NCBI GenBank assembly: GCA_963749005.1
Contig: CAVVKI010000003.1
Span: forward strand, 5,533 to 69,532
DNA: 64,000 nt
Source: an uncultured Chloroflexia bacterium
GTDB taxonomy: Bacteria > Chloroflexota > Anaerolineae > Anaerolineales > Anaerolineaceae
Direction of reading: 5' to 3'
Shown: one piece after another, positions 17,570-27,142 of the stretch
How positions within the stretch are numbered: position 1 is the first letter of the stretch
Layout: each line of letters starts with the position of its first letter
The notes under the pieces: model-generated
What the model was told of the DNA's origin: nothing
The model's database searches: none
Seen by the model: the letters and a program-made list of their open reading frames with translations, nothing else
Position numbers and translations under genes: made by a program

Positions 17570-18130
17570 ATGATTGCTGAAAGTAAAGATTCTGCCAATC
17601 AGCAGCGTATTTTGACGACCGATTGGCAGAATCTGCCTCGCACTTTAATCGTAGGCTACGGCAACCCTGACCGTGAAGATGATGGCGTCGCCTGGCATGT
17701 TTTACAATCAATCGCATATAAGTTCGGAATCCCAATATCTAATGATACCGATGTAGGCATTTTTCCGGATGGGAACCAACTCGATTTTTGGTTTAATTTG
17801 CAATTGATGCCGGAAATGGCTCCAGATATGTTGGTCTACCAGCGTATCTGTTTCATTGACGCGCATACGGGTGCAATTCCTGATGAAATCAGGATCGAAC
17901 ATATCCAGTCAAAGTTCCAGAATTCACCACTGACCCACCACCTTACGCCGGAAACAATCGTCTCAATCCTGGAGCATTTATATCAACATAAACCAGAAGT
18001 GATATTGGTATCAATACGCGGCTATCAATTTCGTTTTGAACATGGACTTTCAGCAAAAACTTTCCGCTTGAGCCGAAAAGCCGCGGATAGGGTTGTTTCC
18101 TGGATATTAAATAGTCATATAGAAGAATAA
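17570..18130 (+). CDS. hoxW: Hydrogenase maturation endopeptidase (HoxW/HycI family)
   Basis: LIVGYGNPDREDDGVAW, FIDAH, SPLTHH. Confidence 0.85.
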   Translation: MIAESKDSANQQRILTTDWQNLPRTLIVGYGNPDREDDGVAWHVLQSIAYKFGIPISNDTDVGIFPDGNQLDFWFNLQLMPEMAPDMLVYQRICFIDAHTGAIPDEIRIEHIQSKFQNSPLTHHLTPETIVSILEHLYQHKPEVILVSIRGYQFRFEHGLSAKTFRLSRKAADRVVSWILNSHIEE

Positions 18131-18257
18131 CCTTCTACAACCTTTCTCATGTGACTATTAGCAAGCCGATCGAGGAGGTTTACCACTTATTAACTTACCT
18201 CTTGAATGATAAAAAAGAGTATACATTCAGAACTGATTTTTCTTAACAATATTCCAG

Positions 18258-18743
18258 GTGAACGTACTCATCATGATCGATAAAGCCGCAATTAAGCCAA
18301 CATTACAAAGTATTCCCTGGTTAATGGATTTAACTCCGTTACAGATAGATACCCTGCGCCAAATTTCTGGTACTCGCTTCCTAGAATGCGGTGAAGTTCT
18401 TTTCCGGGAAGGCGATGACGATAATCTCATTTATATTCTCTCCGAAGGGAAGTTGACGATCGAGATAACCGTGCCGTATCATGGTCAAATTTGTATCTAT
18501 CATGCTGAACCCCTGGATGTCGTCGGCTGGGATAGTATGACACCGGTCGCAAGACAACGGATAACATCCGCACGGGCAATTCAAAATTCATCAGTTATTT
18601 TCATTAATGCCACCGAGTTGACGGAGTTATGCGATAGCGACCCGGCTCTAGGATTAATCCTGATGCGCCGTATCTCAAATGTAATTACCAGTCGCATGCT
18701 ATCCATGCGGATTAAATTATTGGATTTGTTGATCCAGAAATAA
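18258..18743 (+). CDS. Stand-alone cyclic-nucleotide-binding (cNMP/Crp-type effector) domain protein, no HTH
   Basis: 161 aa. FLECGEVLFREGDDDNLIYILSEGKLTIEI … ARQRITSARA. The protein is too short to carry a DNA-binding domain. Confidence 0.7.
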   Translation: MNVLIMIDKAAIKPTLQSIPWLMDLTPLQIDTLRQISGTRFLECGEVLFREGDDDNLIYILSEGKLTIEITVPYHGQICIYHAEPLDVVGWDSMTPVARQRITSARAIQNSSVIFINATELTELCDSDPALGLILMRRISNVITSRMLSMRIKLLDLLIQK

Positions 18744-18835
18744 GGCAGTCTATCGAAATCATAGATGGTTTGGTTTGGTGCTAGCATGCGCATTGGACCG
18801 GCGATTTTTGACCTTTTTGGTATTATAATTACCAA

Positions 18836-19180
18836 ATGCATGAGCTTGCGGTAACAGAGAATATTTTGAGCATTGCCAAAAAGCATGCAATCATCGCAAA
18901 TGCAAGTAAAGTAACCGATGTTTATATAGTAATTGGCAAATTCTCAAGTATTGTTGATGATAGCGTACAATTTTACTGGGATATCCTCTCTCAAGAAACC
19001 ATTTGTGAGAATTCAACATTGCACTTTAACCGTATTCCTGCCCGTTTTAGCTGCCTTGATTGCTCAATGGAATATGACGTCGATGCTGAAATGATGCCAT
19101 GCCCAAATTGCCAGTCGGTTCGCGTGAAAATTATCAGCGGTGAGGAATTTTGGCTGGATAGCATTGAGATCGAAAGGTAA
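18836..19180 (+). CDS. hypA: Hydrogenase nickel incorporation protein HypA
   Basis: MHELAVTENIL N-terminus (MHE Ni site). Zinc site CLDC…CPNC. Confidence 0.9.
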   Translation: MHELAVTENILSIAKKHAIIANASKVTDVYIVIGKFSSIVDDSVQFYWDILSQETICENSTLHFNRIPARFSCLDCSMEYDVDAEMMPCPNCQSVRVKIISGEEFWLDSIEIER

Positions 19181-19187
19181 AAAAGTA

Positions 19188-19859
19188 ATGAGCCAACAAA
19201 AAGTACAAATTGTTGAAAAAATAATGGATGCGAATGACCAGATAGCTTCACAAAATCAGGACATTCTCGATAGCCACCACATTTTTGCAATCAACATTAT
19301 GGCTTCTCCCGGTGCAGGGAAAACCAGCGTAATTTTGAAAACCATTCAAATGCTGAAGGATCACATAAGAATCGCTGTAATTGAAGGTGATACTGCTGCA
19401 GTTACTATTGATGCAGACAAAGTCTCTGCCCTGGGTGCACCTGCAGTTCAGATCAACACGGGCGGCCAATGCCATCTGGATGCACCAATGATGAATCGAG
19501 CGCTCTCCTCCCTTGATTTAACTCAAATCGATTTGCTTATCATCGAAAATGTCGGTAATCTCATTTGCCCGGCATCCTTTAAAATTGGTACGCACGCCAA
19601 CATCGTGATCGCCAGTGTACCTGAAGGTGATGACAAGCCGTATAAGTACCCCAACATTTATCGCGGTATCGACACACTTATCTTGAATAAAACCGATCTC
19701 TTACCTTACATCGATTTTCGTAAAGATTATTTCCAACAAGGGATTGAACTGCTTAACCCCGGTCTTGAGATTTTCGAACTTTCCTGCAAAACCGAAGATG
19801 GATTTCCTGCCTGGATCGAGTGGTTGAAATCCAAAGTAACCACCCAGAAGAATTTGTAA
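19188..19859 (+). CDS. hypB: Hydrogenase nickel incorporation GTPase HypB
   Basis: ATG 19188, just after the hypA stop. P-loop SPGAGKTS, ENVGNLICP, NKTDL. Confidence 0.9.
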   Translation: MSQQKVQIVEKIMDANDQIASQNQDILDSHHIFAINIMASPGAGKTSVILKTIQMLKDHIRIAVIEGDTAAVTIDADKVSALGAPAVQINTGGQCHLDAPMMNRALSSLDLTQIDLLIIENVGNLICPASFKIGTHANIVIASVPEGDDKPYKYPNIYRGIDTLILNKTDLLPYIDFRKDYFQQGIELLNPGLEIFELSCKTEDGFPAWIEWLKSKVTTQKNL

Positions 19860-19867
19860 ACATAAAA

Positions 19868-22159
19868 ATGAATGTAGGGCTGACAATTACAATTAAGGGA
19901 ATCGTCCAGGGGGTGGGTTTCCGCCCTTTCGTTTATCATCTGGCGCTGGAAAACCACCTGACAGGCTGGGTATTAAATAGTTCAAGTGGGGTGGAAATTG
20001 AAGTAGCAGGATCCCAAATGGATCTGGATAATTTTGCTTCGCAGTTATCTCAAAATCCACCTCCTCTGGCAAAAATTGAATCGCTTCAGATTAAGCAGAT
20101 TGAGTCTGAAATGGCTTATACGACTTTCGAAATTCGTGAAAGTATTTCCAAAGACGACGAATTTATGCCAATATCCCCCGATATTTGCACATGTGAGCAA
20201 TGCCTGGCAGAGATGAACGATCGGAATGATATTCGCTACCGTTACCCGTTTATCAATTGTACCAATTGCGGTCCGCGCTTTTCTATCATCGAGAATATTC
20301 CATATGATCGTCTGAAAACCACAATGGCTTCTTTTGAAATGTGTCCAGAATGCCTGACCGAATACCTGGATCCATTCAACCGCAGATTTCATGCCCAGCC
20401 GATCGCCTGTCCAAAATGCGGACCTCAAATAGCACTATTACAGAGCGGTCATATTTTGGCAGAAAAAGAACAAGCACTACAATTAGCTCGAACCGCATTA
20501 CGCGAAGGGAAAATTATTGCACTAAAAGGGTTGGGTGGGTATCAAATTGTTTGTGACGCTGGCAATGCTAATGCAGTCAATCGAATTCGTAATCGCAAAA
20601 AACGTAGTGATAAACCTTTCGCATTGATGGCAAATAATCTGGTCCAAATCGAAAAATATGCCCATATCACTCCGCAAGAACGGCAACTTTTAGAAAGCAG
20701 CCAGCATCCTATCGTCCTCCTTGAAAAGAAAGATAATAATGATTTACCAGATTCGATCGCACCTGGTCAGTCAACATTGGGATTCATGCTTTCGTACACA
20801 CCCCTCCATTACCTCTTGTTGGAAACTGAAGAAGGTTTTCCGGATGTATTCGTGATGACCAGCGGAAACATGAGCGAAGAACCCATCGCATATCAAGATG
20901 CCGATGCCAAAGCAAGGCTGGAATCAATAGCAGATTTATTTCTGGTTCACAATCGGCCAATCCATATGCGTGTGGATGATTCGGTCACGCGCGTAATAAA
21001 TTCTCGTCCGTATATTCTGCGTCGTGCGCGGGGATATGCTCCCGATTTTCTGCCATTTCCCTTCGAAAGCCAATCGATCTTTGCCGCTGGTGCTGAATTG
21101 AAGAATAGCTTCTGTTTGACCAGGGAAAATCAGGCTTACCTGAGTCATCATATTGGCGATCTGGAAAACTTCGAAACTCTCCAATCCTTTGAAGAAGGTG
21201 TCAAGCATTACGAAAAACTTTTCCGCATAAATCCTCAAATCTTTGCTTGTGATTTACACCCCGATTATCTGGCCACACGCTATGCGATTTCGCGGGCAGA
21301 CAATGAAAGGAAACCACTTTATTTTATTCAACACCACCACGCACACCTGGCAGCTTGCCTGGCGGAAAACAAATACGATAGTAATGAACCTGTGATTGGT
21401 GTATGTTTTGATGGAACCGGCTATGGAAGTGACCGGGCAATTTGGGGCGGAGAGGTACTAATTGGTGCATACCAACAATTCGTTCGTCGCTTCCACTTGA
21501 AATATGTTCCACTCGCAGGTGGCGATATTTCTGTACGCAGCCCTGCGCGAATGGCTCTCGCCCACCTTTGGTCTGCCGGCTTAGATTGGCAGTCAGAATT
21601 TGCATGTACCCAGGGATTATGCATGGAGGAAAGAACTGCACTGCATATACAACTGGAGAAACAAATTAACTCCCCATTTACATCCAGCATGGGCAGATTA
21701 TTTGATGCCGCATCTGCCTTCATTGGTGTTCGCCAACATGTTAATTATGAAGGACAGGCTGCCATTGAGATGGAGACGATCGTTAATCAAGATGAAAATG
21801 GTTTCTATCCTTTTGATATCAATCAAACAGATTTCGACCCGGCACCATTTTGGAAAGGTTTGATTCACGATTATCTTTCAGGTATGTCACAAGGGAAAAT
21901 GGCGGCTCGTATTCATAACAGTATTGCCCAGCTTGCCTTACAAATATGTCTTTTAATACACGAAGAAGAAAATATGGATACTGTTGCCCTTTCTGGCGGA
22001 GTATGGCAGAACAAGGTATTATTAACCAACACGATTGAGTTGTTACAGGCAGCGGATTTCAACGTGTTGTGGCATCAGCATGTCCCGACCAATGACGGTG
22101 GCATCGCTTATGGACAGGCATGTATTGCTGCAAATGTAGATAACCTTACGAACAGATAA
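19868..22159 (+). CDS. hypF: Carbamoyltransferase HypF
   Basis: Acylphosphatase domain GIVQGVGFRPFVYHLA, two CxxC…CxxC zinc fingers, and YrdC-like and Kae1-like domains. About 763 aa from ATG 19868. Confidence 0.95.
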   Translation: MNVGLTITIKGIVQGVGFRPFVYHLALENHLTGWVLNSSSGVEIEVAGSQMDLDNFASQLSQNPPPLAKIESLQIKQIESEMAYTTFEIRESISKDDEFMPISPDICTCEQCLAEMNDRNDIRYRYPFINCTNCGPRFSIIENIPYDRLKTTMASFEMCPECLTEYLDPFNRRFHAQPIACPKCGPQIALLQSGHILAEKEQALQLARTALREGKIIALKGLGGYQIVCDAGNANAVNRIRNRKKRSDKPFALMANNLVQIEKYAHITPQERQLLESSQHPIVLLEKKDNNDLPDSIAPGQSTLGFMLSYTPLHYLLLETEEGFPDVFVMTSGNMSEEPIAYQDADAKARLESIADLFLVHNRPIHMRVDDSVTRVINSRPYILRRARGYAPDFLPFPFESQSIFAAGAELKNSFCLTRENQAYLSHHIGDLENFETLQSFEEGVKHYEKLFRINPQIFACDLHPDYLATRYAISRADNERKPLYFIQHHHAHLAACLAENKYDSNEPVIGVCFDGTGYGSDRAIWGGEVLIGAYQQFVRRFHLKYVPLAGGDISVRSPARMALAHLWSAGLDWQSEFACTQGLCMEERTALHIQLEKQINSPFTSSMGRLFDAASAFIGVRQHVNYEGQAAIEMETIVNQDENGFYPFDINQTDFDPAPFWKGLIHDYLSGMSQGKMAARIHNSIAQLALQICLLIHEEENMDTVALSGGVWQNKVLLTNTIELLQAADFNVLWHQHVPTNDGGIAYGQACIAANVDNLTNR

Positions 22160-22170
22160 AAGAGGAAAAT

Positions 22171-22431
22171 ATGTGTTTAGGTATCCCCGGAAAAATTGTT
22201 GAAATTAACCAAACCATCGGCGTCAAAATGGCAAAAATCGATTTTGGCGGCGTATTCCGTGAAGCTTGTATTGAAGCTATTCCAGACGCAAAAATAGGGG
22301 ATTACACCATCATTCATGCTGGTTTCGCTATAAATGTCCTCAGCGAAGAAGAAGCGCTCGATACGCTTTCTTTACTGCAGGAAATTTCGGATTTTAATAG
22401 CGAGTTAAGTGTAGATGACTCTGAAATTTGA
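22171..22431 (+). CDS. hypC: Hydrogenase assembly chaperone HypC
   Basis: [13 protein letters not shown]-terminus with the essential Cys2. Confidence 0.9.
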   Translation: MCLGIPGKIVEINQTIGVKMAKIDFGGVFREACIEAIPDAKIGDYTIIHAGFAINVLSEEEALDTLSLLQEISDFNSELSVDDSEI

Positions 22432-23533
22432 TTTTTCAAGCTCTTTTCGAAATCCCCGCTTGGTTCAGGGGGTTGTGACAGAAATTCAAAAATGCATTAC
22501 CCAACCCTGGATGATGATGGAAATCTGTGGTGGCCAGACCCATGCTATCATGCAATACGGCCTCGACCAAATTTTACCACCTGAAATAGAGCTGGTTCAT
22601 GGCCCTGGCTGTCCGGTATGTGTTACCCCACTGGATCAAATCGACCGTGCACATGCTATCGCGCAATTACCCAATGTCATTTTTTGTTCTTTTGGCGACA
22701 TGTTACGCGTACCTGGTTCAACTACCGATCTTTTCAAACTTCGAGCGGAGGGTGCTCAGGTACGAATTGTTTATTCTCCACTTGACGCAGTTAAGATTGC
22801 GCAGGAAAACCCGGATAAACAAATCGTGTTTTTTGCGATTGGTTTTGAGACAACGGTGCCTGTTAATGCGGCCAGTGTTTTGCAAGCCCGCGCATTAGGT
22901 TTGAAAAATTTTTCTATCCTGGTCTCTCAGGTTACGGTACCTCCAGCCATGCATGCCATTTTGAGTTCCCCGGCTAACCGCGTTCAAGCATTTTTAGCGG
23001 CAGGTCATGTTTGTGCAGTAATGGGTTACTGGCAATACCATAGCATTGCTGAACGCTATCAAGTTCCGATCGTTGTGTCTGGCTTTGAACCATTAGATTT
23101 ACTGCAGGGCATTTTAAAAACCGTTCAGCAGTTGGAAAGCGGAAAACATTTCGTTGAAAATTGTTATCCCCGTGTCGTATCCGAACACGGCAATGCAGCT
23201 GCCCAAAAAATGATAAACCAGGTATTTGAGCCATGTGACCGAAATTGGCGCGGAATTGGACTTATACCCATGAGTGGACTCGGTTTGAGATCTGAATTTG
23301 CACAATTTGATTCAGAGAATCGCTTCCACGTCGAGCACATTCAGACGCAAGAACCTGAAGTTTGCATTGCCGGTGAAATTTTACAAGGACTGAGCAAACC
23401 AAATCAATGTTCTGCGTTCGGCACGTTGTGCACCCCAGTCAACCCACTGGGTGCTCCCATGGTTAGTTCGGAGGGTGCATGTGCGGCCTATTACCGTTAT
23501 GGCAGCCTGACCGCGGAAGAGATGGGGAAATAA
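22415..23533 (+). CDS. hypD: Hydrogenase formation protein HypD
   Basis: 372 aa. [14 protein letters not shown], and C-terminal Cys-rich motifs. Confidence 0.95.
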   Translation: MTLKFDFSSSFRNPRLVQGVVTEIQKCITQPWMMMEICGGQTHAIMQYGLDQILPPEIELVHGPGCPVCVTPLDQIDRAHAIAQLPNVIFCSFGDMLRVPGSTTDLFKLRAEGAQVRIVYSPLDAVKIAQENPDKQIVFFAIGFETTVPVNAASVLQARALGLKNFSILVSQVTVPPAMHAILSSPANRVQAFLAAGHVCAVMGYWQYHSIAERYQVPIVVSGFEPLDLLQGILKTVQQLESGKHFVENCYPRVVSEHGNAAAQKMINQVFEPCDRNWRGIGLIPMSGLGLRSEFAQFDSENRFHVEHIQTQEPEVCIAGEILQGLSKPNQCSAFGTLCTPVNPLGAPMVSSEGACAAYYRYGSLTAEEMGK

Positions 23534-24603
23534 TGGAAGACTCACTCTTTTCTGCTGTCAGCGGACCCTTCTGCCCGATCCCACTTGTTCATGCTGATAC
23601 GATCGTCATGGGACACGGTAGTGGCGGAATGATGACCAATGATTTAATCCGGCTCGTTTTTCAAAAACATTTTGATAACCTCTATTTAGCAGCTGGCAAC
23701 GATTTTGCCCTTGCAAAACTCCCGGATGGAAAAGGTCATCTTTCTATTTCTACCGATGCCCACATTGTTTCACCACTCTTTTTTCCAGGCGGCGATATCG
23801 GCAAGCTGGCTGTGTGTGGCACAGTCAATGATATGAGTATGTCAGGTGCAACACCTTTATATCTGACTGCCAGCTTTATCCTCGAGGAAGGCTTGTCGAT
23901 AGCCGATTTGGAAAGAGTAGTGATTTCTATGCAAACGGCCGCAGAAGAGGCTGGAGTAGTAATTGTTGCCGGTGATACAAAGGTTGTAGAAAAAGGAAAG
24001 GGTGATGGGATTTTCATCTCTACCAGCGGTGTAGGTTGGGTTAACGAAGAGCGAAAAATTGGCGGCGAAATGGCCAAAGCTGGAGATGCTGTTCTCATCT
24101 CAGGTACGCTTGGAGATCATGGAATTGCAGTGCTCTCTGCGCGGGGCGATTTAGGAATCGAAACGGATATTACCTCAGATGTTGCCCCATTAAATGCCAT
24201 GATAGCTGAAATTTTAGCGATAACACCTGATATCCATGTATTACGAGATCCAACACGCGGTGGATTGGCTACTACCCTTAACGAAATTGCCCGGCAATCA
24301 TCACTCGGAATCATTATCCATGAGAATCGTATTCCTCTTACGCAATCTGTTCGGTCTGCCAGTGAAATGCTCGGGTTTGATCCTCTATATATAGCAAACG
24401 AAGGTAAATTGATTGTGATTGCTCCTGCAAAACACCAACATCCAATTTTGGAATGCATGCAAGCCAACAAATATGGGCAAAACTCCGCGATCATCGGTGA
24501 AGTGTGTGAAAATCATCCAGGACGTGTAATTATGAGAACATATATTGGCACTTCCCGTATTCTGGATGTAATGGCAGGAGAAATGTTACCCAGAATCTGC
24601 TAG
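23533..24603 (+). CDS. hypE: Hydrogenase expression/formation protein HypE
   Basis: ATG 23533 overlaps the hypD stop (TAATG). PurM-like fold, and the protein ends …PRIC with the C-terminal cyanation Cys. Confidence 0.95.
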   Translation: MEDSLFSAVSGPFCPIPLVHADTIVMGHGSGGMMTNDLIRLVFQKHFDNLYLAAGNDFALAKLPDGKGHLSISTDAHIVSPLFFPGGDIGKLAVCGTVNDMSMSGATPLYLTASFILEEGLSIADLERVVISMQTAAEEAGVVIVAGDTKVVEKGKGDGIFISTSGVGWVNEERKIGGEMAKAGDAVLISGTLGDHGIAVLSARGDLGIETDITSDVAPLNAMIAEILAITPDIHVLRDPTRGGLATTLNEIARQSSLGIIIHENRIPLTQSVRSASEMLGFDPLYIANEGKLIVIAPAKHQHPILECMQANKYGQNSAIIGEVCENHPGRVIMRTYIGTSRILDVMAGEMLPRIC

Positions 24604-24624
24604 CTTAACTTGACAGTCTCTATT

Positions 24625-24653
24625 TACCTTTTATACTTACAAAAGGTATTTTT
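24625..24653 (+). terminator. Candidate intrinsic terminator after hypE
   Basis: TACCTTTT-ATACTTAC-AAAAGGTA followed by TTTTT. The stem is AT-rich and therefore weak. Confidence 0.5.
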
Positions 24654-24748
24654 GTTATGTCAGAGGAAAATCAAATTAATTTCTCTGTCATTGTAATCAT
24701 CATTACTTCCGTGAAAATGGTAGTTCATTTAAGAATAATTGGAGAAAA

Positions 24749-25549
24749 ATGAAAATAGACTATCGCGAAACAACCAATGATCTTTTAAAAAGAATCGACA
24801 TCCATTCACAATACGGATCAAAGAATATTGACCAATGGATGCTTGATATCATTCAAATCAAGCCCGGTATGAACATCCTTGATGTTGGTTGCGGTGCCGG
24901 CAAACAATGCTTTTCCTATCATAATTATTTGAAGGGGAATGTTAAGATCACTGGCGGAGATGTGAATGCCGAACTACTTGCAAAAGCAAAAAGCGAAAAC
25001 GCCCGCCTCCAAACCGGAATCAAATTTATTGATCTGGATTTTAATATGGCCTTTCCGCTGGAGGATAACCAATTTGATTTTGCATCCTGTTGTTTCGCCA
25101 TTTACTATGCGGAGGACATTCCTTTTACCATACGTGAAATGCACCGCGTTCTGAAACCTGGTGGTCGCTTATTTAGTAGCGGACCAATGCCGGAAAATAA
25201 GCGCGTTTTCTACGATATTATCACTGAGGCTACCGGTAAGGTGATCCCACCCATGCCGGGAAGTTCCCGCTATTCCAGCCAGATTCTAGCAGCCATGCGT
25301 GCAACATTTCGCAACGTGGATGTTGAAATTTTCGAAAACCCATTGACGTTTGAGACCAGTGAACCATTCCTGGCGTACACAAGAGCTTCATTATCTGAAG
25401 ACCGTAAATTGTGGGGCAGTTTCTTTAAAACGCACGATGATTTCGAAAAAATCATGGATGCAATCTCAGCCGTGGCAGAAAAACGCCTCAAAAAAGACGG
25501 CAAACTGATCATGACCAAGGTCGTTGGCGGCTTTATCGCCACAAAATAA
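24749..25549 (+). CDS. Class I SAM-dependent methyltransferase
   Basis: Motif I ILDVGCGAGK, and post-I/II motifs (GGDVN, LKPGGRL). Confidence 0.8.
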   Translation: MKIDYRETTNDLLKRIDIHSQYGSKNIDQWMLDIIQIKPGMNILDVGCGAGKQCFSYHNYLKGNVKITGGDVNAELLAKAKSENARLQTGIKFIDLDFNMAFPLEDNQFDFASCCFAIYYAEDIPFTIREMHRVLKPGGRLFSSGPMPENKRVFYDIITEATGKVIPPMPGSSRYSSQILAAMRATFRNVDVEIFENPLTFETSEPFLAYTRASLSEDRKLWGSFFKTHDDFEKIMDAISAVAEKRLKKDGKLIMTKVVGGFIATK

Positions 25550-25555
25550 GGAAAT

Positions 25556-26200
25556 ATGAATCATAACTTATTGCTTTACGGGAAAAAAGTCTGCTTTATC
25601 GGAGCTCATCCTGATGACATCGAATTAGGATGTGGTGCACTCATCGCCAATATTGCCCATCGTGCTGAAGTCTTATGTGTTACTTTATCGGATAACCAGA
25701 AGAATCCAGCGCTGCTTAATCTGGTGAAAGAGCACCGAGCCAGCATGAATGTACTTGGTGTAACGCAAGATCATGACTTGCTGATGGATTTTGAAACCCG
25801 CCGCTTTCCCCAACTAAGGCAGGAAATATTAGAGACATTGATAAATATTAAGCGCACCTTTCAACCAGACATCATCTTTGTTCACACCAGGAATGATATT
25901 CATCAAGATCATGTGACTGTCATGGATGAGGCGATCCGAGCTTTTCGAGGGACAACCGTTCTTGGTTTTGATGTCCTCCGCAGCAGTTATGGATTCTTCC
26001 CCCATTTTTTATTTGAAGTTTGTGAAGATGATGTAGAGAAAAAATTGGCTGCACTGGCAGAGTACAAAACCTACACTGATCGCTATTATTTTGAATCAGA
26101 GATTACACGCGCAACGATGATTCGCCACGGTGCATTGGCAGAACGACCGTTTGCAGAGGGATTTGATATTCACCGAGTAGTCGCCCAATTCGGAAAATAA
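25556..26200 (+). CDS. PIG-L/LmbE family N-acetylglucosaminyl deacetylase
   Basis: FIGAHPDDIELGCGA and HQDH zinc-site motifs. Confidence 0.8.
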   Translation: MNHNLLLYGKKVCFIGAHPDDIELGCGALIANIAHRAEVLCVTLSDNQKNPALLNLVKEHRASMNVLGVTQDHDLLMDFETRRFPQLRQEILETLINIKRTFQPDIIFVHTRNDIHQDHVTVMDEAIRAFRGTTVLGFDVLRSSYGFFPHFLFEVCEDDVEKKLAALAEYKTYTDRYYFESEITRATMIRHGALAERPFAEGFDIHRVVAQFGK

Positions 26201-26390
26201 AGTTTTCCCAAAACTGAGTGTATTCGAATTAACACCAAACACTTTAGATTAAAGGATAATCCTCTACCGAGCATTCCAATTCATAGCTGAATGAAAAAGC
26301 ATTTCGTGCAAAAACCACCCATTTTCTAGTTTTCTTAAATTGAAAGTAAGAGTGGGTAATCGGGTGTTTGAAGACTGGGCTCGGAGGTCT

Positions 26391-26729
26391 TTAGGTTTTC
26401 AGTAACCCAATTTCAATCTGACCGGCAATAATCCGAGTTGGGTATGCTATGGTGGGCTCCACCGCAGGTAAGGTTAACGCCTTGCCAGTGATGATATCAA
26501 ATTTGGCACCATGCCGCGGACATGTGACAACATGATCTTCAAGGTCACCATCACCTAATGGCCCATCATCATGTGTGCAGCGATCGCCGATGGCAAAAAT
26601 ATCACCACCCACATTGAAAATAACAATTGGGTCATCACCAATTTCCACAAAGATACGCTCGCCGGCAGATAATTCATCGTAAGGGCAAACTGCTAAAAAT
26701 GTGTAACGGTTTTCATCTATCTCCCCCAT
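26391..26729 (-). CDS. Rieske [2Fe-2S] ferredoxin-type protein (last gene of the suf operon)
   Basis: CTHDDGPLG … CPRHGAKF Rieske motifs. The start overlaps the sufU stop. Confidence 0.85.
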   Translation of the reverse strand: MGEIDENRYTFLAVCPYDELSAGERIFVEIGDDPIVIFNVGGDIFAIGDRCTHDDGPLGDGDLEDHVVTCPRHGAKFDIITGKALTLPAVEPTIAYPTRIIAGQIEIGLLKT

Positions 26730-27127
26730 TATATCTCCTTGAGTTCCTGGTCAATTTCACTGACCCCATAAATACCCGCTTTTAAGACTTTCAATGATAA
26801 TAAGGCGCATTTCAAACGCACTGGTCCCAATTCTATCCCTAGAAGATCTAAAATCGTTTCCTTGGAAACATGCTTTACTTCCTCCAGCGACTTTCCGATC
26901 ACATATTCCAGCAGGAGATCAGCACTTGCCAGGGATATTGCACAACCATGTCCACTAAATCTCGCTTCGGTAATGATATTTTGATCATCAACCACCAGAT
27001 CAATTTTAATATGGTCACCGCAAAGCGGGTTTTCATCTTCATATGAAAAATCAGATTGCTCAAGTTCTCCCTTGAATTGTGGGTTCTTGTAACGATCCAC
27101 GATCAACTCACGATAAAAGTCATCCAT
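26729..27127 (-). CDS. sufU: SufU-type Fe-S cluster scaffold / sulfur acceptor
   Basis: LCGD, GHGCAIS and KCALL, the three conserved Cys. Confidence 0.9.
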   Translation of the reverse strand: MDDFYRELIVDRYKNPQFKGELEQSDFSYEDENPLCGDHIKIDLVVDDQNIITEARFSGHGCAISLASADLLLEYVIGKSLEEVKHVSKETILDLLGIELGPVRLKCALLSLKVLKAGIYGVSEIDQELKEI

Positions 27128-27142
27128 TGTAATTAATTCTTT

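Noticed and set aside
24657-24752. 31-aa ORF (MSEENQINFSVIVIIITSVKMVVHLRIIGEK) overlapping the methyltransferase start
   Set aside because: No SD and no recognisable motif. It lies immediately after the hypE terminator, so it is probably chance in AT-rich DNA.
26391-26729. Rieske ferredoxin in a suf operon as a novelty
   Set aside because: Rieske-type genes inside suf clusters are already commonly annotated in Actinobacteria and related Gram-positive lineages, so I annotated it as a feature only.
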